The notes beneath the pieces were generated by a model that worked only from the letters and a program-made list of their open reading frames with translations, searched no databases and was not told where the DNA came from. A stretch of 64,000 bases of DNA from Nemertoderma westbladi (taxonomy: Eukaryota; Animalia; Xenacoelomorpha): positions 1 through 64,000 of the forward strand of contig JAUCBJ010001428.1 of NCBI GenBank assembly GCA_032718475.1. The letters are read 5' to 3'. Positions 23,528 through 36,342 of the stretch are shown here, in pieces (position 1 is the first letter of the stretch; every line of letters begins with the position of its first letter). A program made the translations under genes and the position numbers.

Positions 23528-24750
23528 TTAGATTAATAATTTATCGTGTACGGCCATAGAGATTCTTTGGTGAGTTTACATTTTACATGACGTAATGCAA
23601 GTTGGTTGTGTAAAACCCAACAAGCTTCGACCATTGCCGTGACGGCATGTCAAATCGCTTCTCATTGGTTGTTAAATCTAGTTAAACATACATCCTACAG
23701 ACTCAGAACTGGTTCCAGTCTCGTGATTCATAGCTATTGGTTGGATATTAATTTCGCAATGTTGGTGTGAATTGTTATTTTGACACAAAATCCAATGTAT
23801 TTAATTTGTTTATTATTAATTCCTGAGTCGCGAAATTAAAGTTACTTTTGCTGGATGCTGGTACCAGTTTTTATTGTTGTAAAATCTTTGATTTGTGAAT
23901 TTGCTTTTGTTTTTACGTTAAATTTCAACGGTTTTACTGTTAAAATACCGTAGCTTTGTTGCAAATATGCATGACTGTTAATTAATTATGAATATGTAAT
24001 ATGTTACTATCAAGACTATGTTATTCTTACTGCAATACATGTATAGCAGTACACCGGCTCACCGGTAGCATTCCTTGGTTTACATGATGGAGTAGAAAGA
24101 ACCAGAGAACTGGGACGTATCCGCCGAGCGCGCGGGGTTTTTACATGGAGGATGACAGGAGGCAGGTGTTTGCACTCATAGAGGGAAGTACGGGGCCGTT
24201 TTTCAGGAGCACTATTCAATCGGGACTACAGTGTTATTGGGGGTCCTAATTCATTTCGGGTTTTGGTATCAACTTTACACTGTTGACAGACCGGAAACAC
24301 CATAGATATTTTGGTCCAAATGTTTTAGTCCAGATTTGGTAACCAAATTAGATAACCAAAATTTGTTTAGCCCATTTCGGCATTCAAGTACTAACGTTTT
24401 AGTCAGACTAGGCCTATACAAACTGTTTGTGCTTTAGTTTAATAATTAGAACTTGTGCACCAGCTATCCAACTCAAAATAAATGAGTAGTACTCACTGCC
24501 CTAATCACTGCACTTAATTTGCCGAATTAGGAACCATTGGGATTTAATTTCTTTCATTTATTTTATTTTAGCACATAACTTGATTGGAAAGAAACCTTCA
24601 GTACTATTTTTTGCGGAGAAAAATATTAGCTAGGACGTTATCATTCGTTTTATTTGATTAACTGATTGCAGGAGGTTGAACTATACGTTTGGAACTGAAA
24701 CCTAGGTATTCCGGTCCGGTACGATTGGTCAGCTGTTTTAACCCGAATGA

Positions 24751-25234
24751 CAACCATGCAGCCATGGGACGTTTTGAAATTATGCGGACTTAAGACAGAC
24801 TGACATTGTCAGGTTGTACCAGCTGACCTTTATTCCATGTTCCGGTATCCATGCTACTGCACTAGGTACCCCAACAGCCCAATACTGCAATACCAAGCAA
24901 CGTTTTGGAATTGTACCGGTTACTCAAATAACTCGCCATCAAGGCTACCGCTTCTGTCTGTCGCAGTGTCGTTGGCGACCTCGACTTTTGGTATCGCTAC
25001 TGCGCTAGCGCTACGGGCAAACTGGACTAACCGATGAGCGAGACCCGAGAACTGAAGAATGCATTGAATTTTTTGAGTAGTTTGACTGTGGACTTCTATG
25101 ACATCGATGCCAAGCTGTTAATGCGAGAGTTTTTATTTAAGTTATTGTTTGGTTAAATTTTCTTAATTATTTATTTAAATTTCGTAAGTACCGATTTTGG
25201 GATAGAATTGCTCAATTTTAATCTGTATCTAATA
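24751..25234. repeat. About 480-bp direct repeat, copy 1 (copy 2 at 28040-28519); local duplication
   Basis: Near-identical sequence from CAACCATGCAGCCATGGGA to AATCTGTATCTAATA; no TG...CA ends. Confidence 0.9.
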
Positions 25235-25565
25235 GGCCTACGAGTCAAGTGAAAGCTTTATGTTCTGTCCGATAAATTAGTCTGAGGGTAGCCAGGTGTA
25301 CAGTACAAGCAATTTTATACACAGCTTATTCAAACTATAATTATGTCTGTTCACCGCAAAATTCAATTTCTCCGCTATCAACAGTACAGTAGAGGCCTAA
25401 CCTATAGTAATGGATATTCGCTATATTCGATTCTAGCAGTTGTAAGTATAATCTATACAAGAGTAATCTATACTACCCCCAAGAGCGGTTTTTGCTCTAG
25501 GTCAGCAGTAGTCAGACAGTAGTCTGTCAGAATTTTTTCTTACAGTAAACAAGTATTACGACTTG

Positions 25566-26085
25566 CTAATTAGGGTAACGGTTTCGTATGCCGCTACACT
25601 TTTTAAACATAAATCAATGTTTACTACACACCTATGGAAACCACGGCAACATATAAATGTTATTTAACTATTCTAGAACATAAATAAAATAAATTATAAT
25701 GTTCCAGAACATATAGCTAGTAATTTTTAAAATTCAAAACAGCTAGTATTTAAAAAAAATTCAGGTTTAATTTCAGGTAGCTAGTAAATTTTACGATAGC
25801 CAGTATTTTTTGTGGCAGCTAATAAAAAATAAATAAATATTAAAAATTGTAAATATTGCAAAAATTGTTAAAAGTCGAAATCTGAGTTTGTTTAAAATTA
25901 CTACCTAATTTAAAATTAGAAAATAACAAGTTACATGTTCTAGAACATCATATTTTGTATTTTATCTATGTTCTAGAATAGTTAAATAACATTTATATGG
26001 GGTTCTATAACTACTATTGTATCCATAGTAACAATGATTAAGGTTTAAAAAGTGAATTTGAATACGGAACCGTAGCCAAAATTAG
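25566..26085. mobile_element. About 520-bp MITE with long (about 130 bp) imperfect TIRs
   Basis: CTAATT...ACGGTT[T/C]CGTAT...CACTTTTTAAAC...CATATAAATGTTATTTAACTATTCTAGAACATA is present inverted at both ends. Confidence 0.7.
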
Positions 26086-26257
26086 TACCGGTAGTTGAGA
26101 CCGCATTAAGAAAGGCTCGAGTTATTAGACCTTCGAAGCCCTGGATTACAGTTCATCCAGCGAAGTATTACTCGAGATCCAGAGTGAGAACATTTGTAGA
26201 TTCGGTTCCCATTTTCTACAAGCACCACATCACGCCTTGCATCGAAAGACCCTCCCT

Positions 26258-26938
26258 CTATTTAGGTTTAACACAAAACACAGTAATACTAACCCTCAAA
26301 GATGTCATTTTTATAGAACCATTAATCGTTTTGTATTCCTGAATACATTGAAACAGTGTTACGATATCGCTATGGACAGATGCATGTATGGTCATTCTTT
26401 TATTTGGGTCATTTATATTTCCGCCAAAATAGATTGTCATTCCTCCACCATCATTAATTTGTTGTTTTTCATCTTCGTCATCTTTTTGTTTGGAAGTTAT
26501 TAATGAATATTCGTAGGGCAATTGTCGCGTACGATAAATTGTATCCACTTTTTCCAATCTCGTATCAGATGCTAACCATTTAATGAAATCATCACTGTGA
26601 ATAAATTTGTATATCGAAATTGCTTTTTTTCTTATTGATTTTTCACTTGTTATTAAATTCTTCGAATCCAACCGCATTTCATCACGAACATCATCTTCTC
26701 GATACTTCTTGTCCTGCTCCATGAAATATTTGAAAAGTCTGTAGTCAATAACCCAAAAATATTGACTTGTTAAGTCCTTCCTTAGATTTCGCCTGAACAT
26801 ATCATCCTTTGTGAGTCGTTCAGATGGTAAGAGAACGTCGATGTCTGTCCAATCATCGCTCGTCCATTCCCCAGAGTATTCGCCAGAGTAATCATCGGAT
26901 CCCCCTTCACATTTGTCATTTTCTTCTTGTTGAGACAT
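26258..26938 (-). CDS. Orphan 226-aa ORF with acidic N-terminus, unknown function
   Basis: ATG-initiated uninterrupted ORF in AT-rich DNA with protein-like composition; no recognisable domain. Confidence 0.5.
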   Translation of the reverse strand: MSQQEENDKCEGGSDDYSGEYSGEWTSDDWTDIDVLLPSERLTKDDMFRRNLRKDLTSQYFWVIDYRLFKYFMEQDKKYREDDVRDEMRLDSKNLITSEKSIRKKAISIYKFIHSDDFIKWLASDTRLEKVDTIYRTRQLPYEYSLITSKQKDDEDEKQQINDGGGMTIYFGGNINDPNKRMTIHASVHSDIVTLFQCIQEYKTINGSIKMTSLRVSITVFCVKPK

Positions 26939-26939
26939 T

Positions 26940-27207
26940 ACTATTTACAGTAATTTTATGTTTCAATGTTAATATGTATGTATATTAGTAATGCAGTAGT
27001 ACAACATAACGACACTATCTCGTATACTATCTAGTTTTGCTATATTTATATGTTCTATACTATTTACAGTAATTTTATGTTTCAATGTTAATATGCATGT
27101 AGTAATGCAGTAGTACAACATAACGACACTATCTCGTATACTATCTACTGTAGTTTTGCTATTTTTATATGTTCTATACTATTTACAGTAATTATATGTT
27201 TCAATGT
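26940..27207. repeat. About 118-bp tandem repeat (about 2.3 copies; further copies at 28553-28765)
   Basis: CTATTTACAGTAATTTTATGTTTCAATG...GTAGTACAACATAACGACACTATCTCGTATACTATCTA repeated. Confidence 0.85.
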
Positions 27208-28039
27208 GGGGCGAGCGACGAAAGTAAGCGAGCTTAGCATACAGGTACCACTAACTCAATCGGAGTGTCTGTTGATCTGTTGTTATGTTGCTCTGTTGAT
27301 CTGTTGTGTACAATTTTAAACGTTAATAACTCAGCCAAATCTCGATAAAATATATCCAAATTTGGTACATATGTAGTCTGGCAAAAGTTTAGAAATTTTA
27401 CAAAATGAATTTGCGTGGGGTCTTTGTACAGCATCTGTGTAACTGTCTTGCAGTAATAAATTTATCTATCCATAAATTATTAGGTTTGGCATCAGCTGGT
27501 TGCTAGGAGACTGCAGGATATATCAGGTGGGTTTGAAATTCAGCAATACCGGTGGTACAATGCAGCAATAATGTGGCCTTGGGAAGTGTGGTAGGCCTAT
27601 TTCACTTTCAGCCATTCCAGCATTTCCAGATTGCAGAGTTCAGAGTACGACACCGGTACCATGAGATACCTGTACTCAGTACCAGTACTGTTCACCACTG
27701 TTGCTGTATGTTGTAGGCCTAGCTTTCTAGGCTGGTTGTCAGTCTGTCAGTGCAGCAGTGTGGTACTGCTACTGCATTATCTGAGTATTGGTACCAGTAC
27801 GTGCGGTAGGGTGGGGAGTCCTGCAATTGCCTGAGTGATGTCTGAATTGCGATAATGCGACTGTTCAACCATATCATGTAGGCCTACCGGTACGTTACGG
27901 TACCTTAATCTTATTAAACATATGTTTTGCAGTACGGGGTACGGTTACCGGTACTGTTACTGTGTTACAGTGGTACAGAGTTACTACCGGTACCGTCTTC
28001 AGGTCGTTGGCGCCACCCACCAATCATGCTCGGCAACGG

Positions 28040-28519
28040 CAACCATGCAGCCATGGGAGTTTTGAAATTATGCTGACTTAAGACAGACTGACATATTGTC
28101 AGGTTGTACCAGCTGACCTTTATTTCATGTTCCGGTATCCACTACTGCACTAGGTACCCCAACAGCCCAATACTACAATACACAGCAACGTTTTGGAATT
28201 GTACCGGTACTCAAACAACTCGCCATCAAGGCAACCGCCTCTGTCCGTCGTTGCCGTGACCTCGACTTTTGGTATCGCTACTGCGCTAGCGCTATGGGCA
28301 AACTGGACTAACCGATGAGTGAGACCCGAGGACTGAAGAATGCATTGATTTTTTTGAGTAGTTCGACTGTGGACTTCTATGACATCGATGCCAAGCTGCC
28401 AATGTGAAAGTTTTTTTTAAAGTACGGTAAAGGTTTGGTTAAATTTTCTTAATTATTAATTTAAATTTCTTAAGTACCGATTTTGGGATAGAATTGCTCA
28501 ATTTTAATCTGTATCTAAT
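28040..28519. repeat. About 480-bp direct repeat, copy 2
   Basis: Matches 24751-25234. Confidence 0.9.
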
Positions 28520-30336
28520 AACTGACCCTCGTCCTGCGCGATGGCACCACGAATGTGTTAATATGTATGTTTATTGGTGATGCAGTAGTACAACATAACG
28601 ACACTATCTCGTATACTATCTAGTTTTGCTATTTTTATATGTTCTATACTATTTGCAGTAATTTTATGTTTCAATGTTAATATGTATGTTTATTGGTAAT
28701 GCAGTAGTACAACATACTATCTACAGTAGTATACTATCTAGTTTTGTTATTTTTATATGTTCTAGAATCTCTGTGATGATAGTTACAGACTTACAGTATT
28801 TAAAGAATAAAGTTAAAGAATGGGTTACAAAACTCCTATATACTGTACTAAGATGTGGCTTTGTCACTATTGTTTATTAAGAGTACCAACCATTCCTCTT
28901 TAGAGGAATATTAGATAAATTATTAGAGGAATATTAGAGGATTTAATTAATTAATAAGGGGTTTATAATGATGATAATGCTGTAATGGGGTTGTCAATCA
29001 GGCACCACCAGGCACATTGAGGCTTGAATAAAAAGCTGGCAGATTACCTTGCCAGGTTCTGGTGTACAAATCAAGTAAATATTTACCGGTTACAATATTT
29101 TCCATGGAATAATATAATTGCAGTCAGGCAATGAGATTCCTCCCGCCTCACCTGTCTGGATTGATAATTATGATAATTATGGATTATGATCAGTCTGTTC
29201 TTCCCATGTAGGGCCCTACCACTATCTCCATAATTATAAACGTTCGCAGGAAATACGCCCATCAGTCATCAGAGTAATTCCTTCATATATAGAAAGTGAA
29301 ACAACATTACCGGTTAGGACATATCGAATATAGAACTCAAGGTTAAAAGCTCCATGAAAACTTTTATCAGATGTAAAATGTATCAGGGGGAAGCAGAATC
29401 CCATGAATTCCCCCCCCCCCCCCCCCCCCCTTGACAGTTGGACAGAAGGGGGGGGGGGGGGGGGGGGGGGGACGCAAAAAAATCATCCCTCACCAGGGGA
29501 AATTGGACGCAAATAAAAGCTGATTACTCTCAAGAATAAAACTGTAACCTGTTCTATTGTGTTTAGTTTATTATTTAGTTGAGAATTTAACATTGAGGCG
29601 GGATATTAATTCGCCAAGGTGGGTTTTGCCTCCAGCCCCCCCTGTCTCAGCGTAATATTATATAGTGTCATTTTCTGATGACACGGACCCCACTTTCTAG
29701 AAATCTTTATCATATTGCTTGAAATTTGAAACACAACTACTGTCAGACTGTACTGTAGTTCAACTCTCCGTGGTTGTTTGTTATGTTACCGTGAAGCCGT
29801 AATTTTAGATTTTTCTAAATTTTTTATATGCGTTTTATAAAGTGCCTTTTTTGAAATCGCAACCTTTTTGCATCATGAATTCCAACCTTGGTGGCGTGGT
29901 TGGTAGCTGAAATTTGGTTGTTGTTTAACTGTGTTTGGCAAAATGTGCGTCAGCCGTTTCCGTAATTATTGTAGGTGATTCATATGAAGGTAATCATATA
30001 TAAGTTGTGAATTATTTTCTTGTTATATGATATAAGTATATGTTTACGTTACCTCTCGTACAGATTCAATGTAGCAAGTAGTTTTCTTTTTTAGCACTTG
30101 TATAAATACGGTATCTCCACCATATGAAACGTTTATTGTTGTTTATTATTATTGAGTAATGTTATGTTAGGATTGTACTTACAGGTGAATAAATAAATAA
30201 CTAAATAATAGGCCTAATGCCATAATGAATGTCTGATGTCAATATGTAGGCATATTACTGTATTAATATTGCAGTATAGACTGATTGAATAGTGGAATAC
30301 GGAATAGTTTGAATACCTTAATTTTGTAACTGCTAA

Positions 30337-32271
30337 ATGACTCTCCGCCCTATACAACTGTTAGTAGCGATGATTTCCGCGCTTACGGTCCTTTGCTACG
30401 TATTGTCGTTAACTTATTCCTTGGCTACGACGGACCACGACACATTTTACTCGCCGTCAACGAAACATCCGCAACCTTTATTCTCCGGGGGTACCGTCAA
30501 CGAGGATCACCTAGGGCGGTGGGGACGACTTCTCCTCGACTCACTCCCCTCCAGTTCCACCCCGGTCTCATTGATACTCGCCTACGCTCCCTGGTGTGCC
30601 CGCTCGCTAGACGCAGTCTCCCACGTAACTCGCGTTAGCGAAATATTCGCGAACACCGTGAACGTATTTGCGATAAACTGTTTCTACAACTCTGAAGGCA
30701 GTTGTTTCAAAGCGGAAGGCCATGAATTCTTCTATTTCCCGCGACTTTTCGCGAAAGTTCGTTCGTTTAAAGGCAACTTGGAGTACAAAGGAGCTCTAAA
30801 CACCGACTCTATAACGAGATGGGTCACCATGATTACCAACCCAGTCATTCATATAACATCTCCAGACCACTGCCATCAATTTATATTCTCCTCCGACAAC
30901 TCTGTGCTCATTTATTTAAACACTTCCGCGAGCGCAAACGATTTATTGTTCGAACGGTACATTGTGGCTGCGTTGCGAGCCATAGAATCAGACTATTTGC
31001 GCCCAATTACTTTCGGTTTAGTTACTAACTCTCATATAGCTTCCCTTATAGGCCTCCAGACAGACGGATCTGGTCTTCTACTCCGTTTATTAGACAACCA
31101 TCTGCCTTTCTCTCTCCGTAGTTTCAAAGACGGTAACTCCTTATGGTTGTGGGTTAAACCCCTGGTTTCGTCGCTAACGCAACCGCTCGCTAATTCCAAT
31201 TCATACCGCTACGAGGCGCATCGTCCTGTCCTCTTCGCGTTCCCTAACTCCCCTCGACTTCCCTTGGTACTTAGACGAGTAGCTCTCGACTATTTCGACT
31301 GCGACCGCTCCCACAAACTCTCTCTAGTCAAACAGTTCCTAGACTCCCCTAACCGGGGCTGTCAATCATTCACATTCTCCCCGGACTATTACTACAACCG
31401 GAGTTCCTGTAGTGTCTGTCTCGATCTGTCCCGCCCCGAACCTTCCTGCCACAACCCCAGCCTATCGCAACCCCTCAACCCCCCTAGAACAACCCGTTTA
31501 TTCCCCACCGCTCGCGATCCACTAGCTGATCCCTGCTGCGAAGTGTTCCCGTCTTCCAACGCGGATTGCAACCCGAAACTCTGCCGAACCTTACGACTTT
31601 TTGTCTCGAACGACTCCGACCCACACCGGAAGTACGCTACTATCAGCGAATTAACTCGCTTATCTTGCCACCCGAAAAACAGCAATAAATCATTGACGAT
31701 TTATTTAGTCGACTCTAATTTACGCTCATCGGTTGAACAACATCTGGGAGTCGATAACGTAGGCCTGGCTATCCTAGACAACATCACAGAACGAGTCTAC
31801 GTACTGGGCAGCGCAATAACAGTTGCGTCAGTAACCGAGTTCCTAACGAACTACACACGAGCGGTAGATCTAACTCCGTTCCTCCGTACGGAACGTAGGA
31901 ACAGTAAATCCAGCCACGTTGTAGAGGTAGTTAGTTCCGACTTTAACGCGGTCGTGTTAGACCCTGGTAAGGACGTGTTCCTCATGCACTACGGCAGACA
32001 TTGCGGCTTCTGTCAACCAGTCAGCCACACACTGCACCGACTGGCTAACACATACCGCGACACCGCCCCCAATCTAACAGTTAGCCGTATAGAAGGCGAC
32101 TCGAACCATCTCCCTTTGGAGTACTCCGTCTCTATCTACCCTTCCTTGGTACTTTATCCCGCTTTCCGTAAGAACCACTCTGTATTTTATCCTCCCGAAG
32201 TCCCTAAAACTTTGCCTTATTTCGTTAAATTCCTTCAGATTTTTGGTTCCTATGTTATTGGAGGTAGTTGA
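30337..32271 (+). CDS. TXNDC11: Thioredoxin domain-containing protein 11-like (EFP1), uninterrupted 644-aa ORF
   Basis: N-terminal hydrophobic segment; first Trx fold with CxxS (YAPWCARS) followed by FAINCF...C...FFYFPRL; Cys-rich middle; C-terminal Trx fold with CGFC and RIEGDSNHLPLEY...YPSLVLYPA. This is the TXNDC11 arrangement. Confidence 0.82.
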   Translation: MTLRPIQLLVAMISALTVLCYVLSLTYSLATTDHDTFYSPSTKHPQPLFSGGTVNEDHLGRWGRLLLDSLPSSSTPVSLILAYAPWCARSLDAVSHVTRVSEIFANTVNVFAINCFYNSEGSCFKAEGHEFFYFPRLFAKVRSFKGNLEYKGALNTDSITRWVTMITNPVIHITSPDHCHQFIFSSDNSVLIYLNTSASANDLLFERYIVAALRAIESDYLRPITFGLVTNSHIASLIGLQTDGSGLLLRLLDNHLPFSLRSFKDGNSLWLWVKPLVSSLTQPLANSNSYRYEAHRPVLFAFPNSPRLPLVLRRVALDYFDCDRSHKLSLVKQFLDSPNRGCQSFTFSPDYYYNRSSCSVCLDLSRPEPSCHNPSLSQPLNPPRTTRLFPTARDPLADPCCEVFPSSNADCNPKLCRTLRLFVSNDSDPHRKYATISELTRLSCHPKNSNKSLTIYLVDSNLRSSVEQHLGVDNVGLAILDNITERVYVLGSAITVASVTEFLTNYTRAVDLTPFLRTERRNSKSSHVVEVVSSDFNAVVLDPGKDVFLMHYGRHCGFCQPVSHTLHRLANTYRDTAPNLTVSRIEGDSNHLPLEYSVSIYPSLVLYPAFRKNHSVFYPPEVPKTLPYFVKFLQIFGSYVIGGS

Positions 32272-34974
32272 TATATTATTAGTTAAATTATAATTCATTT
32301 ATTTTATTTTATTCAACTCGCGGTGCAATATTTACTCTATTATTAGTCAATCGCAAATAATTAGGGCCCAATGTAAATTTGCCACAATTAAAATCATAAG
32401 AATATAGAAAATTATACACTAATTCCATATTTTTTGGTAAGTTGTGATGTTTCTGGTTGCTGTTGGGATTACCGGTTCACGTATTTTATATAATATTCCC
32501 ATATATTTATAGTGAGTTGAGTATTAAACTAAAAAATTTATCGTAAATCGAATTTCTGTTTGGGTACGGAATACGGCTGTTGTAACTCTGCACACTCGTT
32601 AATTAAAGTAGTCGAGTCTATCTGGCATAAAGTGATTTGCAATCAATCCGAACCGCAGTTTTGGATATATTCACAAAAAATATGCAACATTTATTTTGCG
32701 GATCGTATATTTATTCATGGAAATTCTACGTATATCGGCATAAAATAAGCCAATCAAAATAAACAGTTGGGAAGAGTAAGTATTTAATTAGTGGTGTTCT
32801 AGAATAATTTAATTAACTGTACACTGGCCTATCGCACGTAAATTGTTAAATCTCGGTATCTATCAGGGCGCATCCAATTTGTATTTAAGGAGGGGGAGGG
32901 TCACTAATTGACTAGAAAATGTATCCTCTTTTTTAGGAGATTGCATTATATCCCGATTGATGTTTGCACGTATGTACCGTATTATACAATAGGTTGGTAA
33001 AAACTTTCAAAATTTATTTAAATTTATCCCAAATTAACATTATTTACGTAATTATATTTATTAATGTATAAGATCTTAGTTGGATGGTCTTCAAATGCCC
33101 AAAATTTAATCATAAACCCATTGGCGTCATGAAACAACTGTATGATCAAAATTTTGATAAATGCTCGTTGCTCCTGTTCAAATATTACTTGAAAAGGAAA
33201 CAATTTTTGCCACATTTTTTGACACATTTTACCATTTTGTACCTAAATTTGACACTTTTCACCTATATTTCAGTAACCACAAACAAAATGAATAAAGTAG
33301 TCATGGGAGGTGTTAAGCCCTAATTTAACCATTTAATGGCTTAATAATTTAAATATAAGACAACAACTCTAGTCACAACCGTCATTAATTTATATATTTG
33401 GATCTTTTACATGTTCGTATATTTATAATGAAAGCAACATAAATTAAATTATGTTTTTCTCTAAAATAGTTTATCTTGGGATCCTCCCACGCACACAAGC
33501 AAACAGAAGGGTAGAGTAGATGTTCCATTAGGCCTGTGCTCCACTGGCAACATGGGTCGTATGTCATAAGTCGTTTTCAGATTTTGTCTGAGTCCGTATC
33601 AATTTTTTCTTAAAAAATATAAGATGCGTCTCACATTTAATGGAACAATTGAACATTTAATGGAACACTTGACTTGAACAATGGCTTGCTGCTACCCAAA
33701 GTAACCAATCACAGGCCTCTTGCCAGAAAGAACCCATCATGGGTCGTATGTTAAAAATGGGACATGGGACATATTCACTTCCGTCCCTGGGGTCGTAACA
33801 AACGACTTATGGCATGGAGCTGCTCCCATTAAAACCAATGTGTTCCATAATTTATTTTGACTTATGACTTACCAGTGGAACCCGGGCCTTAATAGGTACT
33901 TGAGGGGGGGGGGGGGGGGGGGGGCTGATATTTGCATGGTGCGGTTTCACTTAGTACTGTATATTATTAAACAAATACACGAGCTCACCAATCAAATCAA
34001 TCAGAAGCATCACCCAGTCATCATTTCATGTCAAATTTCACGTGAATTTGTTCATATTTGGAAAAGCCTTTGAAATTTGAAATTTCTTAATTAATTGCTT
34101 TCGGTAGAAAATGCATTTAAAGATTATGGCTTGGGTAATTTATTTAAGTCTTACCATTGAAATGTTAGAATTCACACAACCCAGCTAAAAATTTTGATGC
34201 AAGGGTTTTGCGGGTTGGGGAATTCATTTGCGAAGTCAGTTTACTAATTTGACGGCATTATGTCTGTCTGAACTTGTCCGTCTGTCTTATGTATGTCTGT
34301 CCATCAAAATATAAGCGACAGCTGAACAGACTATGTGGATGCCGTCAAACATAAAAACTGACATCGGAAATGAAATCAGCGACCACGAAATCCCCATAAG
34401 CAAGGATGAATGGTTTTGTTATATTTCGACAGACAAACCGTCATAAATACACTTAAATGTGGTATGCCAATAGCACTGTTAAGTTGTGTTCAGCCAAAGT
34501 GGGGAAGGCCAAATAGTGTCTCTCTAGCTGTGAGTGGCGGAATTGAATATTTCACTAAAAACCCTACTAGTCCAAATCAAATTTGTTGAAACCAACTTTT
34601 TTTGGACTCCGCATCTTCAAATCTGCTAAAACTCTAGGCCTACTGTAAAAAAAAACTGTAGGCCTACTGCAGTATAAAATGATAATTGATTACAATTATT
34701 GCAAAATGTCATGGTCAATGGTTGGCTTGGTGCGCTGGCGCGCTTTTCGTTTAACCATATCCCGTGTGGCGCGCTTTTTGTCAGTATTCCATATATATGG
34801 CATACATTTGGTTTTAAATCCCCGCTACACTAAATCACGCGCAAAAACATTTATTTCACCTCTAAAAGCGCACGGTTTTATTATTTACGGGATGTAATAA
34901 TTCACAAATTGATTAATTTCTCCTCCTATTTTAGGGGATGATGTAAATGGACACATTTATGTGATTTTATCTTC

Positions 34975-35845
34975 CCCCTTGGGATTGGCTGATATAGGAG
35001 GGAATTTAAATAAACAATTATATTGTATTAAATCCGCCCGCTAATGATTGGCTGATTTAGGGGAGAGTTTAAATACACAATTATGCTGTAATAAATCCCC
35101 CGCTAATGATTGGTTGATTTAGGGGAGAGTTTAAATACACAATTATGCTGTATTAAATCCCCCGCTAATGATTGGTTGATTTAGGGGAGAGTTTAAATAC
35201 ACAATTATGCTGTATTAAATCCGCCCGCTAATGATTGGCTGATTTAGGGGAGAGTTTAAATACACAATTATGCTGTATTAAATCCGCCCGCTAATGATTG
35301 GCTGATTTAGGGGAGAGTTTAAATACACAATTATGCTGTAATAAATCCCCCGCTAATGATTGGTTGATTTAGGGGAGAGTTTAAATACACAATTATGCTG
35401 TATTAAATCCCCCGCTAATGATTGGCTGATTTAGGGGAGAATTTAAATACACAGTTATGCTGTATTAAATCCCCCGCTAATGATTGGTTGATTTAGGGGA
35501 GAGTTTAAATACACAATTATGCTGTATTAAATCCCCCGCTAATGATTGGCTGATTTAGGGGAGAATTTAAATACACAGTTATGCTGTATTAAATCCCCCG
35601 CTAATGATTGTCTGATTTAGGGGAGAGTTTAAATACACAATTATGCTGTATTAAATCCCCGCTAATGATTGGCTGATATAGGTGGGAGTTTAAATACACA
35701 ATTATGCTGTAATAAATCCCCCGCTAATGATTGGCTGATATAGGTGGGAGTTTAAATACACAATTATGCTGTAATAAATCCCCCGCTAATGATTGGTTGA
35801 TTTTGGGGAGAGTTTAAATAAACAATTATGCTGTATTAAATCCTA
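34975..35845. repeat. 62-bp tandem repeat, about 14 copies
   Basis: CGCTAATGATTGGCTGATTTAGGGGAGAGTTTAAATACACAATTATGCTGTATTAAATCCCC periodicity. Confidence 0.95.
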
Positions 35846-35849
35846 AATG

Positions 35850-36342
35850 TGCAAAAATTGGCAGTGAATCAGTTTCCTTGAAAATAATCACTATCATCGG
35901 AGTCAGCACCCTTGAAAACCTAAATGGAAACAAATTTGACTTTTTCTCTATGTATTTTTAAAATTGGAAAATTTTTTGTTTATACTTGTAATTTTCATTG
36001 TTGAGGTTCTGCCAAAAATGGGCATTGGATCAGTGTCATTGAAAATAATCACTGCCATCAGAATCAGAACCCTTGAAAACCTAAATAGAAACAAATTTGA
36101 CTTTTTCTCTAAGTATTTTTCAAATTTGTGAAATGTTTGTTTTACTTGTAATTTTCATTTTTGAGGTGCCGCCAAAAATTGGCATTGGATCAGTTTCATT
36201 GAAATAATCACTGCAATCGTAATCAGCACCCTTGAAAACCTAAATAGAAACAAATTTGACTTTTTCTTTAATTTTTTTTTAAATTTGAAAATTTTTGGTT
36301 TACTTGTAATTTTCGTGTTTGGGGTGTCGCCAAAAATGTGAC
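35850..36342. repeat. About 160-bp tandem repeat, 3 copies, likely transposon-internal
   Basis: GCCAAAAAT...AATCAGCACCCTTGAAAACCTAAAT.GAAACAAATTTGACTTTTT starting at about 35851, 36011 and 36171. Confidence 0.85.

Noticed and set aside
24751-28519. LTR pair around the 226-aa ORF (TRIM/LARD-like element)
   Set aside because: The direct repeats lack TG...CA ends, TSD, PBS and PPT.
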